Part shown: positions 1-12,262 of the stretch, piece after piece | How the letters are laid out: each line of letters begins with the position of its first letter | How positions within the stretch are numbered: the first letter of the stretch is position 1 | The notes under the pieces: model-generated | What the model saw: only the letters and a program-made list of their open reading frames with translations | Told to the model about the DNA's origin: nothing | Databases searched by the model: none | NCBI GenBank assembly: GCA_951406725.2 | Contig: OX597823.1 | Span: forward strand, 19,592,001 to 19,656,000 | Direction of reading: 5' to 3' | DNA: 64,000 nucleotides | DNA from: Octopus vulgaris | Lineage: Eukaryota | Made by a program: the position numbers and the translations under genes

Positions 1-31
1 AACTACTGAACCATGCGTGGTACTGGCCTAA

Positions 32-419
32 TCTTTATATATAAAAGAGAGGCTGTGTGCTGTCTGTCTTCTACGATTTAGATTCCTAACTACTCCCACA
101 TTTTACGGTGCAGTTTAACCGGGTATCTTATAGTCGTGATTCATATCAAGCCCTTCTGGGTATTAGTGCACGTCTACGATGAGTCTACGATTTAAAAAAA
201 AATTTACCATCAATTTTTTCCCATTTTTAATGCATTTTTGGCATATATAAGGGAAGTAACTCTCTAAAAATTTATTAAATCTCAGAATGTAAAAAGCTAC
301 AGTAACCCCCCCCCTTTGTGGTTAGCCATATTGAGATGGCTATTTTACTTTACATCTCTAAAAATGCTTATATAGTTATTTCCCTTACAAACCCGAGCAA
401 CGCCGGGCGATACTGCTAG
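32..419 (+). mobile_element. Non-autonomous Helitron, copy 1
   Basis: Starts A|TC-tttatatataaaa and ends CTAG|T. Subterminal hairpin CCCG-agcaacgc-CGGG. No TSD. 5' and 3' parts are shared with 39814-40315. Confidence 0.85.
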
Positions 420-764
420 TCTATTATGTAACGAATTTTCCAAATAACTGACACGACACCAAATGAGTAAAGTACCGGTGTAGCTTAGGTTATACAAAAT
501 TGACATCAATTAAATAAGGCACTGCTACTATACAATTACAATACATGGCGCCAAAAGGTGTGTCCTAGGAAACATTATCAAACAATTGATCCAATACCAA
601 CTTTCAAACTGTCAATTAAACAATGAAATACCAGTCAATATTCTAAGCTCAAGATCTGGTAGCTTCTGCTATAATATGATATCCACTCAACACAAAACAA
701 CAAAGTTGCTTGACCTGCTAGAAGTAGCAGTTAAATCTCCCTAAAATTGCAATGTTATACTTTT

Positions 765-1125
765 TATATGTTTCAGTCACTGGACTGTGGCCATGCTGAA
801 GCACCACCTTCAAAGGTTTAGTTGCAGAAATTGACCCCAATGCTTGTTTTTTTTTTTTTTTTTTAAGCTGGTTATGTAAGTTTATTGGTTTCATTTGCCG
901 ATTTAAGTTACAGGGATGTAAACAAACCGACAACGGTTGTCAAGCAGTGTGAGGCGGGGAACAAACACAAAGACACCAACACACACAATAGGCTACTACA
1001 TAATTTCTGTCCATTGAAGTCGATCACAAGCATTGGTTGGCCAAGGACTATCGTAGAAGATACTTGCCCAAGAAGCTGTGTAGCAGTATGGAACCTGAAA
1101 CCAAATGGTTGCAAAACCATTTACA
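765..1125 (-). mobile_element. SINE family A, degenerate
   Basis: Matches the family A tail (gtttcagtca..gactgtggccatgctg) and body (agaagatacttgcccaag) in reverse. Confidence 0.7.
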
Positions 1126-1807
1126 ACAACAACAACAACAAAAATTTATTTTAACTAATTGAAAGCTATGGATAATGTAGTTTTAGATATAGTAATATCA
1201 GGGGAAAAAAAAATAAAGGACAAGATAGTCATGGCTGGAAAGGGCTTTGACCATGTCTGCCTTCTTTATTGAGGGTTGACCTAGGGACATAATAACAGCA
1301 ACAAAGTATTTCCATTTCTGTCAGAAAAACAGGATCTTTTGGTTATCGCGGAAGAATGAAGTGATTACATGCGTTGGCGGTGGGGGGGGGGTTAACTGTT
1401 TAATAATGTCAGCTGCAATGCCAATGGATGACACTTCCTTCTTCCCAACTAACAAGACCTCTTAAATTTAAGGATGGGAAGAGTGGTGAAGAAGTGGCAG
1501 TGGTGGAGTGGTGAAGAGGTGGTGATGGAACGGTGGTGGTGGTGGTGGTGGTATAGATTGTGCTGATTCTTAGAAGGTTAAGATGCTCACACACACAAAA
1601 ATGCAAACACAATGTAAATATAAACAAACATATGTATGCTCGTACACATTTTGCATGTGTGCATGCATGCACACACGTGTGCACACATACACACACGAGG
1701 GCATCTATATGGTTGCTCAACATGCTTGCAATAGCACCTAAATCCTCCTCGAATTACAACTAAATGTCTTAAAAAAACGATAACTTTAGATAATGTAGAC
1801 CTATATA

Positions 1808-2020
1808 TTCTTTCTACTAAAGGCACAAGGCCTGAAATTTGAGGGGAGGGGACTAGTCTATTACATCAACCTCAGTGTTTTACTGGTACTTAATTTATTG
1901 ACCCTGAAAGGATGACAGATAAAGTTGACCTTGGCAGAATTTGAACTCAGAACGTAGCAATGGACAGAATACTGCTAAGCATTTCATCCAGCATGCTATC
2001 AGTTCTGCCAGCTCGCCACC
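1808..2020 (-). mobile_element. SINE family B (Nin/Deu-domain-like), tail type 2
   Basis: Reverse of head ggcgagctggcagaa, B box gagttcaaat, core catcctttcagggtcaataaattaagtaccag and tail caggccttgtgcc. Confidence 0.85.
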
Positions 2021-2099
2021 CACAGATATGCAATGCAAAAGAGAAGGACAGTATGGCCATGGCTGGACTCGGTCAGATCTTTGGCTGTTGAGTTTCACA

Positions 2100-2415
2100 G
2101 AGGCAATGACAAATGACTGAGACTTCTAGTTATTTGCTGTGCCTGAGAAGACATATCAAGCTCAGTGAAATCATGGTTGTGGCCAGTGTTGGTGACACGT
2201 AAAAGGCACTTGTGCCAGAGATGTGCAGATGGCACCTGTGCCACTGACATGTAAAAGACAGCCCAGCACATTCCTTAGAGTGGTTGGTGTTAGGAAGGGC
2301 ATTCAGTTGTAAAAAAACCAAGCCAAAACGGACAGGGCCTGGGGCAGCATTCCAGTGTATCAGCTCCAGTCAAACCATCTCGACCATGGAAAACAGACGT
2401 ATGATGATGATGATG
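2100..2415 (+). mobile_element. SINE/non-autonomous retroposon family C (Meta-domain-like, (GAT)n tail)
   Basis: cacgtaaaaggcac repeats, ttaggaagggcattcag core, catggaaaacagacgt followed by (GAT)n. Confidence 0.75.
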
Positions 2416-2558
2416 AGAGCTGACTTAACATGTGATGGAGCTATACACAGAGATACAGTATAAGTGGTAGATATAATCCATTACTTGGTTTTATCGGTTT
2501 TTGCCTGCTTTTTGTAAAATACATTACAAGTTGAGTCTCTGCATTATATGCAATAGTA

Positions 2559-3047
2559 CAGTAAATCCTCGAGTATAATCCACATTTTTTTCCTAAAATT
2601 TAAAGATCAAAATCCCCAGTGCGTACTATATATGAGGTTAAAAATGAAAAGTATTTTCTAAGCAATGTCCGAGTCAATATTTGCTGTCTGGCTATGTTTA
2701 TTCAGACGCATTTTGTGATGTCGGGCGCGAAAATACCTTAAACAAATCTGAAAGCAATGAAGTCATAAAAGAATCATCCATAACTTGCAGTAAGAAACAT
2801 TTATTAAATGTTATTACTGTTATTACTTTATTTTCTGCAAACAAAATGCACAAAAAAGCTACATGTTTGCATTATGTTATATATACAATAATAATAAAGG
2901 ACCTTATACATTTTTACAAACCAAGGACGTTATATAGACCTTCTTGACTCAAGTTAGAGAAGGGTTGCGTATCATACACAAGATTTAGGTTTTTCAGAGG
3001 TATATCCCCCTAAAAATCTCCTGCATATTATACTCAAGGATTTACGG
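2559..3047. mobile_element. Tc2/pogo-like MITE
   Basis: TA|CAGTAAATCCTCGAGTATAAT ... ATTATACTCAAGGATTTACGG|TA terminal inverted repeats with TA TSD. No ORF. Confidence 0.8.
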
Positions 3048-3231
3048 TAACCACTAGTATTAGAGATCCTAAAAAATGCTATAGTTAGTTAACTGTATTT
3101 CTCCTGTGGTTATGTCATGTAGAAAAGGAATAACGACACGCAACAAAAATGAAAATATGTACACATGAAGTAATAGGTATTTAAATACTTTTTGTGACAT
3201 TGGAGAGATCTAATAGCGTACCACAGCTCTA

Positions 3232-3275
<44 letters not shown>

Positions 3276-3304
3276 ATCATGTGTATATTACTAGTTCTAT
3301 GATA

Positions 3305-3505
3305 TATTTCTTTACTACCCACAAGGGGCTAAACACAGAGAGGACAAACAAGGACAGACAAAGGGATTAAGTCGATTACATCGACCCCAGTGCGCAGCTG
3401 GTACTTAATTTATCGACCCCGAAAGGATGAAAGGCAAAGTCGACCTCGGCGGAATTTGAACTCAGAATGTAACGACGCTCTAACCACTGAGCCACGCGCC
3501 TTCAC
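3305..3505 (-). mobile_element. SINE family B (tail type 1) fused to a family D tRNA-head fragment
   Basis: 3305-3475 is family B body and tail. 3476-3505 (ctctaaccactgagccacgcgccttcac) is the family D head in reverse. Confidence 0.8.
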
Positions 3506-4115
3506 ACCTTGTGCCACTTGAAGAAAACCCCGTCATTGTCATCATCATCTAACAAGTTAATAAAAAATGCACAGGTGTAGCAGGAAAGGTAGAATACCTT
3601 ACAGCATTTACTTCCACCTTTCTGTGTTTTATGCTCAAATCCTTCTGCATCCAACTGTACCATTCTTCCTTCAATCAAATGTTTCATAAACCCCTGTGTT
3701 AACTGTGTGTATATGTTAGCGTTTGATAAGAGAATGCATGTATTTTTCTGTGTGTTTAAGTGTGTTCATGTGTTTGTGCGTATGTGTGTGTTTCTTAATG
3801 GATTTGAGCAGGTTCTCTGTGAGGCTGATATGGTTAATGTTTCTCTGGAATGATTAAAAGTTGGTAGCTGCAGGATGTGGGCAAGGAAGAAATGACTGAG
3901 CAGAATAATGGCCAGTGGAGGAGGAAGGATGTGATGTAAGTGACAAGAAGAGGAGAGATAAATGGGTGAGGAGGAGTGCCTGGTTTTATGTTGATTGAGA
4001 CCAGATATCACTGAGGAGCACAAATCATTGTAGTTGCAATGGAAAAGGTAAAGTGGGGAGACAGCACATCTGTGGGGCAGAAGCTGGAGAGAATTTCAGC
4101 GATTTTACACAGATA

Positions 4116-4273
4116 GGCGCAGGAGTGGCTGTGTGATAAGTAGCTTGCTTACCATATGGTTCCGGATTCAGTCCCACTGCGTGGTACCTTGGGCAAGTGT
4201 CTTCTACTATAGCCTCGGGCCAACCAAAGCCTTGTGAGTGGATTTGGTAGATGGAAACTGAAAGAAGCCCGTC

Positions 4274-4331
<58 letters not shown>

Positions 4332-4398
4332 ATGTATATGTTTGTTTGTCTGTGTTTGTCCCTCCAACATCACTTGACAACTGATGCTGGTGTGTTTG
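4116..4398 (+). mobile_element. SINE family A, 3'-truncated
   Basis: A box tggctgtgtg, B box gattcagtccc, ccttgggcaagt, internal (TA)n(TG)n. Confidence 0.9.
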
Positions 4399-4569
4399 CT
4401 TCTGACATTGCAAAACAGCTAGAAGTTAGTCCAAGCGCGTATGTTACATATCTGCATAAGCTTGGGTATTATGGACGAGCAGCTGAAGAAAACCTCTCCT
4501 TCAACCAATTAATATCAAATAAAAGATTTTGAAAATTAAAGGTGTCTATTTACTTCCGGCATGTCTGTG
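4399..4569 (+). pseudogene. Tc1-like transposase HTH fragment with possible right TIR
   Basis: Translates SDIAKQLEVSPSAYVTYLHKLGYYGRAA, then after a frameshift RKPLLQPINIK, typical of the Tc1 HTH region. Followed by TIR-like ggtgtctatttacttccggcatgtctgtg-TA. Confidence 0.6.
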
Positions 4570-4720
4570 TACATGTCTTTCATTTCGTTTATGGTAACAT
4601 TAAGGGTAAGCAAATAAAGCCCCTGTTTCATTAAGCCAGCTACTGTCTATTGATACCGAGTAGTAAGTTAGTTTTTCAGAGTTGCATCACGGTTATACAG
4701 ATATAATGTAGGATAAATAT

Positions 4721-4852
4721 AATAAAAACAATAATTTCAGGATGGAATTTATAAACATTTAATACATCACTAAATGCGTTTCTACAAATCAAATCATGAT
4801 CTGTGGAAACATATATGTTTATAAACTCCATCCTAGAATTAGTGTTGTTATT
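4721..4852. repeat. Inverted repeat, 38-bp arms, 56-bp spacer
   Basis: 4721-4758 versus the reverse complement of 4815-4852: 33/38 identical. Confidence 0.85.
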
Positions 4853-5766
4853 ATTTGTACATATGTTTGTATGAATAGGTGTAGGTGGCATGTAAGTTTT
4901 AAAGCAGATCAGGATCTGATGAAAGCTTAAGTACTAAAAGTCAAGTTGATATACTTGAGGCAATGAAGAGCCTAAAAAACATCCGTTAACAGTGAAATGG
5001 CAACCTAATCATCGTCAATATCTTTTTCACACAATCACAATTGCAACACATCAATAAATGTCGTCATATCTCATCTTCTCTACTCATAAACAATGATGAT
5101 GATGATATATATATATATATTAGCTTAAAGCCACACTCTGTGCAGAGTTTTCAGCAAGCTCCTGTGGGAGGGGCAATTGGGCCTGCGGCCTAAAACAAAA
5201 GAGAGCTAAATAGCATGTCTATAATACGTCTATAATGACTATATGCCTTGGTGGTGTTTGATCAGAGGTTAAGGTCGAATGAGAATTAATTCTGTAATGC
5301 CATCATTCTTTTGTTTCAATCCCAAGTTGAATTCTGTTGGTCAATTTATCCCAAAGTTCTTATCTTGACGTAAAATTAATGAAGTGAATGTTGTTTATCG
5401 CCCCCCACCTTGACCTCTGACATCATTTGACAAGCGCCACCAAGATGGCATGAATCAGTCAAACTTTGCCTGCTAGAAATAGCAACCCAAATGCTTTTAA
5501 GTCAGGTCCCAATGTGGGATGTTCAAGAACCAAATGAAGGGCAGATCTTCAATTCTGGGATCATCCTGATCACAAAAACTTAAAATATTTTTATGTAGAG
5601 CAAAAGTAGGCTGGGATACAGGGGTCCCAGACAGACAGAATTTTGATTTTATTGTGTGTGTGTGTGTGTGTGTGTGGTGGGGCAGTACTCTCTAGCTTAT
5701 TAGTTTCAGTCTAACCGTCTCACCCATGCCAGCATGGAAAGCAGACGGTAAGTAATGATGATGATA

Positions 5767-5811
<45 letters not shown>

Positions 5812-6360
5812 CACACACATGAATAAATAGATAGATATGAAAATATGGGTTTGTGTTTTCATGCATAAACAAGGTGTTTAATACACACCTGTGTTAGAAA
5901 GAAGTGCTTACAGTCTATTGTGTGATGTTGAACAAAATTATTCTTCACACATAAAGGTTCCAGGTGATTAAGAACACCTGAGTGAGTATGACCGATTAAT
6001 GTCAACCACATGAAACCTTTACATACAAGGAAATAATAATAATATTAATATAATACGTGCAAACACATTAGAACCATAAAGCAACACCTACAACAGAGGC
6101 TTCTAATTTCAGTAAACGGTCAATATTTTTTTAAGGAGAGGAGGTTAGTCAGTTACGTTGACTCCAGTACTTGAATGGGGCTTTATTGATCAGGCAGGGA
6201 TGAAAAACAAAGTTGGCTTTAGCAGGATTTGAACCTGGAATGTGAAGAGCAGGAACAAATGCTGCAACGTACTTTTTCAGTCTTAGGTACAGGTATGGCT
6301 GTGTAGTTAAAAAGTCCAGCTACACAGTGTCGGGTTCAATTCCATTGTGCATCACCCTAA

Positions 6361-7000
6361 CCCTTTAGCATTTCAATTGGCCCTATCAAGCCAAAATATT
6401 CTGCCTTGTTTTATGTTGAAACTGGACAGATCCAGCCATTCATACCTAACCGACAATGTCGTTCTAAATATAAACAATTTATAGGCGTAGGAGTGGCTGT
6501 GTGGTAAGTAGCTTGCTTACCAACCACATGGTTCTGAATTCAGTCCCACTGTGTGGCACCTTGGGCAAGTGTCTTCTACTATATCCTCGGGCTGACTAAA
6601 GCCTTGTGAGTGGATTTGGTAGATGGAAACTGAAAGAAACCTGTCATATATATGAATGTATGTATATATATATATGTACGTGTGTGTATATGTTTGTGTG
6701 TCTGTGTTTGTCCCCCAGCATCGCTTGACAACCGATGCTGGTGTGTTTATGTCCCCGTAACTTAGCGGTTCGGCAAAAGAGACCAATAGAATAAGTACTA
6801 GGCTAACAAAGAATAAGTCCTGGGGTCGATTTGCTCGACTAAAGACGGTGCACCAGCATGGCCACAGTCAAATGACTGAAACAAGTAAAAGAGTAATCAC
6901 CTCATCAAAATCTCAAAGCTACAAGATAATCCAGTATTAATTCAAAACAACGTGAATAAATAAATATTTCATTTGACAGAGTTATCTGAATGACGAAGGG
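6361..7000. mobile_element. piggyBac-type MITE family 1, interrupted by SINE A
   Basis: cTAA|CCCTTTAG...GAAGGG|TTAA. Reverse-orientation homologue of 18350-18570. Confidence 0.75.
6484..6895 (+). mobile_element. SINE family A, full length
   Basis: tRNA-like head ggcgtaggagtggctgtgtggtaag..gaattcagtccc, internal microsatellite, tail gactgaaacaagtaaaagagta. Confidence 0.92.
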
Positions 7001-7090
7001 TTAAACACATATTCCACCAGAGCCTTGAGTCAACCAACATACCTGAACAGATTTGATTTGTGCATTATTATTGGTGGGATTTGAACTTAA

Positions 7091-7305
7091 TCCTTTCGTT
7101 ACCAACCTGGCTGAAACTGGCTCTGGCTCTGTAGTACAAATGTCTTGTTTTCATAAATTTTGAATTAAAATCTTCCACCAAACCTTAGTCACAATTTATG
7201 TTCCTAACACTAGGATAATGAAGTTAATTTACTAAATTCTTTGTTACATCTAAAATAATTGAGAGAAACACAGAGCATCTCAAAATAAATATGGTAACGA
7301 AAGGG
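7091..7305. mobile_element. piggyBac-type MITE family 2
   Basis: TTAA|tCCTTTCGTTACC...GGTAACGAAAGGG|TTAA. Confidence 0.85.
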
Positions 7306-7336
7306 TTAAAGAACTGGAAGAAATCCTGCAAGACAT

Positions 7337-7755
7337 TTCCATGCTAGCATGGGTCAGACAATTTGACTGAGGTCTGGCGAACCAGATGGCTGCACCAGAC
7401 TCCAATCTGATCTGGCAGAGTTTCTACAGCTGGATGCCCTTCCTAATGCCAACCACTCTGAGAGTGTAGTGGGTGCTTTTACGTGGTACTGGCAACGGCC
7501 ACGCTCAAATGGTGCTTTCTATGTACCACCTGCACAGAAGCCAGTCCGGCGGCACTGGCAATGATCTCGCTTGAATGTCTCTTTACATGTGCCGCAGGTA
7601 ATGATCACGCTCGAATGGTGCATTTTACATGCCATCGGCATGGAGGCCAGCTCGTTGCTCTGGCAACGATCTCGCTCGTATGGTACTCTTAGCGGTCCAC
7701 TAGCACGGATGCCAGTCATCAAATTTGATTTCAATTTCAAATCCGATGACTGGCA
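7337..7755 (-). mobile_element. Family C retroposon
   Basis: ttccatgctagcatggg, ctggatgcccttcctaatgccaaccact and tandem internal repeats. Confidence 0.85.
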
Positions 7756-8479
7756 TATATACATATATATATATATAAATATATATATATATTATATGTG
7801 CATGCACACACATGTACATACTTTTACACACAGTACAGACAACAAAGCATCTGTCTACTAAAATTCCATCTCAAAGCATTGGCCAACTAAAGGCTATAGT
7901 AGAAGACGCTTGTCTAAGATTCTGTGTTGTTAGACTGAACCCAGAACTTTGTGAATACAAGAAAACTTCTTTATTATACAACCATAATGAAAAAAAACTT
8001 ACAAAAATGGTATTTCTACATAAAAATACAAAAGAAATAAAAATCTCCCAAGCAATTATAACATCTGTCCAGATTTTCCCAGGAGACATTCTGTTCTCAA
8101 CCATTTACTGGGTCAGTCACAGCTAAATGCAGAGAGTCAAATAGGTCAACATACCGCTTGGTTGAAAACCACCACCACCACCACCACCATTTGATCTGAG
8201 GGTATCTTTAGTAGAGTTTACTTTGTTGTAAGTATTCCAACTAGTTTATATTGTGTACATTGATCTGTTCAGGCTGGATGTAGCCTACACTGTTGTCTCT
8301 TAAGTCGGGCTGAGAAAGGGCCTGCAATGAGCCGATGAAGGAGCTTTTACGTGAAGCACTTCCACCAACTCGTGCATATGTAGGGTTAGGTAGTCTAGAA
8401 TGCCCCACTCATACCACTGGCAGATGTTAAGCTGTTGCTGTTTAGTCCGGGTCAGCTTTGAGTGAGCACACCTACTATT

Positions 8480-8750
8480 CATCATCATCATCATCATTAT
8501 CGTTTAGCGTCCGTTTTCCATGCTAGCATGGGTTGGACGGTTCTACTGGGGTCTGTGAAGCCAGAAGGCTTCATCAGGCCCAGTCAAATCTGGCAGTGTT
8601 TCTACGGCTGGATGCCCTTCCTAATGCCAACCACTCCGTGAGTGTAGTGGGTGCTTTTTATGTGCCACCCGCACAGGTGCCAGACAGAGCTGGCAAACGT
8701 CCACGAACGGATGGTACTTTTTATGTGCCACCGGCACGAGGGCCAGGCAA
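8480..8750 (-). mobile_element. Family C retroposon, 5'-truncated
   Basis: (CAT)n followed by cgtttagcgtccgttttccatgctagcatgggttggacgg. Confidence 0.88.
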
Positions 8751-8929
8751 AAGACATTAATTTCAGCTGTGTTCCTTCAGATTTGGTTTAAGATAGTAAG
8801 GTGTGATTTGAAAGAGATTTGGCTGCTATTTCTAGTTGGTAGAATGCTATTTTCAGCATCATCACTTACGTGTGGGTTGAGTCCAGTGTTCCACTCAACA
8901 TCTCTGCTCCAACGACCTGGATCCACATT

Positions 8930-9082
8930 CAGGGCTGTGGAGTTGGAATTAGAGACAATTAAGGGGTAGCCGGAGTCGGTAAAATACACCACAATCAATT
9001 ACATATAGGAAGGAGTTGGAGGTGCCAATAGAAGAGGAGTCAGAGTCGGAGTCAAAAGTTTTGTTTTGACTCCAAAGCCCTG
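8930..9082. mobile_element. hAT MITE (GGAGTC-repeat type)
   Basis: TIRs CAGGGCTGTGGAGT / GACTCCAAAGCCCTG. 8-bp TSD tccacatt/accacatt (7/8). Subterminal GGAGTC repeats. Confidence 0.8.
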
Positions 9083-9110
9083 ACCACATTCATGGTTAAC
9101 TGATGTAAAG

Positions 9111-9333
9111 GTGGCGGTGAGCTGGCAGAATGGTTCGCATGCCAGGCAAAATGCTTAGCGGCATTTGGTCCATCTTTCATTCTGAGTTCAAATTCTGCAA
9201 AGATTGACCTTACCTTTCTTCCTTCTGAGGTGGGGTTGATGAGATAAGTACCAGTGGCGCACTGGGGGTTGATGTAGTCGACTATCCTTTCCCCCAAATT
9301 TCAGGCCCTGTGCCAACAGTAGAAAGGATTATT
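9111..9333 (+). mobile_element. SINE family B, tail type 2
   Basis: ggcggtgagctggcagaa..ctgagttcaaattc..taagtaccag..caggccctgtgcc. Confidence 0.85.
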
Positions 9334-9724
9334 AACAGATTTAGGTCTTATTCCTTTCTTCTTTAATCTGCTTCAGTCATTGGACTGCAGCCATGACGGG
9401 CACTGCTTTGAAAGATCTAACTGATCTAATTGACACTGGCACACCTATTTATTAAACCTTAACATATTCTACAGGTTTCTTTTTGCCAAAATCCTACATT
9501 ACAAGGACGGACGTAACCTATCCAAAACATGATGAAGGACACAATGGCAGTATTTAAACTTAAACAATGCATACCAATCAACCTGGACGGTAAAGTGTTC
9601 TGTAAACATATTAAATTAGAAACAGAAACCTTGCTCTCTGGTTGGCCCTCTTTGCAATCCCCACATAACTCAAATTACTGAAGATCCCAAAAAATGTGCA
9701 GAACTTACTGCTGAAAGCTATACT

Positions 9725-9956
9725 TATTTCTTTATTACCCACAAGGGGCTAAAGACAGAGAGGACAAACAAGGACAGACAAACGGATTAAGTCGATTATA
9801 TCGACCCCAGTGCGTAACTGGTACTTATTTAATCGACCCTGAAAGGATGAAAGGCAAAATTGTCCTTGGCAGAATTTGAACTCAGAATGTAATAGCAGGT
9901 GAAATACAGCTACGCATTTTGCCTGGCATGCTAACGATTCTGCCAGCTTGCCGCCC
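9725..9956 (-). mobile_element. SINE family B, tail type 1, with TSD
   Basis: Full head-to-tail match. Flanking direct repeat gctgaaagctatact at 9710-9724 and 9963-9977. Confidence 0.9.
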
Positions 9957-9987
9957 TGAAAAGCTGAAAGCTATACTGGCATTTTAA

Positions 9988-10689
9988 CCCCTTGATGCCG
10001 GTATTACCCAAAGCATGCGAGACACTGCTCTGGGGTTTTTTTTATCTAATGAGGCCACACAAACACACAAGTGCCAACGAGCTTGCGTCTATTTACATTC
10101 ACCGTTACAATAACATAACATCATACATTTACGTCTACCGGTTTGTGAAAACGAACTATGTGAAGCTATTTATCATAATGTGATATGCACGAGTTATTCT
10201 GCTCAAGTTTAAAAAAAAGCTTGCGTGTGGTGCAACTAAAAACACAGTATTTTGCAAAGGGACACATCACAGTCTGGACAACGATATCTGGTTTCGCGCC
10301 TACGGGCGTAAATTCGCTGATGGAGGACAGAAGCGCGAACATAGAACTTGTAATTGATTTGAAAACATTTTGAATTATGATGCGTTTTCGCTGGAGACCG
10401 TTACTTTTATACCTCCTGTACCAATGCATATGCATATCAAGTATCCGCATGTCATTAGTCTACTGCTAGTCTCATGACTTGAACGTAACCTGAAATAGCT
10501 AAGATAATGCACGGAACGGCGAGTGCACGCACCTCAAGAGATAAAGTACATGATAGCAAATGTGAACATACGACAGCCGCTAAAAAGTCCGTGATAGATG
10601 TAGAGCAGCTCTACGTCGCATATTTACATTAACTGCGGATAAGCAAGCAAAGGTGTGATCGCTTATTTGCATCAACCGTTGTCAAGGGG
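9988..10689 (-). mobile_element. Internally deleted piggyBac element
   Basis: TTAA TSDs at 9984-9987 and 10690-10693. TIRs CCCCTTGATGCCGGT / ACCGTTGTCAAGGGG. Retains the transposase C-terminal Cys-rich domain. Confidence 0.85.
10209..10304 (-). pseudogene. piggyBac transposase C-terminal cysteine-rich (zinc-finger) domain remnant
   Basis: Manual translation RRRETRYRCPDCDVSLCKILCF*LHHTQAFF* matches the piggyBac CRD pattern (R.ETRY.C..C.V.LC...CF..YHT). One internal stop. Confidence 0.8.
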
Positions 10690-10812
10690 TTAACTTTTGA
10701 AAATCCAGCTGCACTGTCTTCACTGCTACGTAACATCTAGTTCCATTGCATCTGTTGAATTTACTCCTGTAATGCTGCTAAGCCATCTTAATCCCTTAGC
10801 ATTCTGCCAAAT

Positions 10813-11140
10813 GGGCTTATTTCAATTTCCACCAACCAAATCCACTCACAAGGCTTTGGTTGGCCCGAGGCTATAGTATTGGAACTGAACTTGGAACCAT
10901 GTGGTTGTTTTTAAGGTGTACACTTGGCTGCTCTTTCTAGCAGGTGAAGTGCCCACAAAAAGCCACAGTGTTTTGTAATAAGTACTATTATTGTTGTTGT
11001 TGTTATAAGGAGGTAGTGTGAAATTTGAGAGAAATTTGGTAGCTATTTCTAGCAGATTGAACAACCGCTTAGAAGGTTCTCTCAGTTCATTGCAATATTT
11101 TCAATAAAAACTTCTTACCACTTAGCCATATCTGCGCCTA
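10813..11140 (-). mobile_element. SINE family A 5' half, split by a ~200-bp insertion
   Basis: ..ggaaccatgtggttg (ends 10907) resumes as aaacttcttaccacttagccatatctgcgccta (11108-11140). Confidence 0.75.
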
Positions 11141-11172
11141 TGTATATATATTAGTGTGTATGTGTGTGTATA

Positions 11173-11208
<36 letters not shown>

Positions 11209-11660
11209 AGCTTCTGGTACCAAAACAAACTGTCACAAGACCGTCAGTGTCCAAAATGTCACACCCAATCATCTGATTCCATGTACCATGACCACCACAA
11301 TTAGTGCTACTACAAACCACACTGGCCAATTCTTTCATAACTATCTGCCAAACACCAGCACCACTGTACCATTATCTCCTGTCATCAAAAACCACCACTG
11401 GCACTACCATCATCATTATGCAACTACCTCCCACCACTACTACACCACTAGTTACCATCAATAAACAGCAAATATTGCAACAAACTGAGACAGCCTTCTA
11501 AGCGGTCACTCAACTTGCTAGAAATAGCAACCAAATTTCTCTCAAATCTCACTCAACCTCTTATAACAACAACAACAACAGTACTCATTAGAAAACACTG
11601 TGGCTCTTTGTGGGCCTTGATCTGCTAGAAAGAGCAGCCAAGTGTACACCTTAAAAACAA
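10905..11660. repeat. Long imperfect inverted repeat (arms ~10905-11100 and ~11470-11660)
   Basis: ttgtttttaaggtgtacacttggctgctctttctagcag..ccgcttagaagg is mirrored by ccttctaagcgg..ctgctagaaagagcagccaagtgtacaccttaaaaacaa. Confidence 0.9.
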
Positions 11661-11699
11661 ATGTACACAATAGAGAATACACACTGGGTGAATGGGTAT

Positions 11700-12073
11700 G
11701 TATGCATATATATGAATATATACGTACATATATATATATATAAATATATACGTACATATATATATATGAATATATACATACATACATATATATATACATA
11801 CATATCTATATAAATATATACATACATACATATATATATACATACATATCTATATAAATATATACATACATATCTATATAAATATATACATACATATCTA
11901 TATAAATATATACATACATGTATATATAAATATATGCATACATGTATATATAAATATATACATACATGTATGTATGTATATATATATACATATATGCATA
12001 GATACACATATATACATATACAATATATACACATATATACATATACAATATATACATATATATACATATACAA
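11700..12073. repeat. Compound (TA)/(CATA) microsatellite array
   Basis: Direct inspection. Higher-order units such as catacatatctatataaatatata. Confidence 0.95.
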
Positions 12074-12262
12074 ATAGGGAGAATTCATAAAAAAAAAACA
12101 AAAGACAAAGACAGGTGGTATAGACAAGAAACAGATGTATTAGTTTAATGTTTGGGAAGTGAAAAAGTGTTTAACGTTTCGAGCCTATGCTCTTCCACAG
12201 AAAGGAACACAAAGAAACAAGGAGAGAAAATAAAGAATGTCTAGTGGCTAGCGAGCTATCAT
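12074..12262 (-). mobile_element. Short Penelope-like (pLTR-type) element P1 with hammerhead-like core
   Basis: Minus strand ctgtggaa-gagc-atag-gctc-gaaacg (12176-12200). Homologous to 60029-60225, 53104-53213 and 30012-30208. Flanked by TA arrays. Confidence 0.6.
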
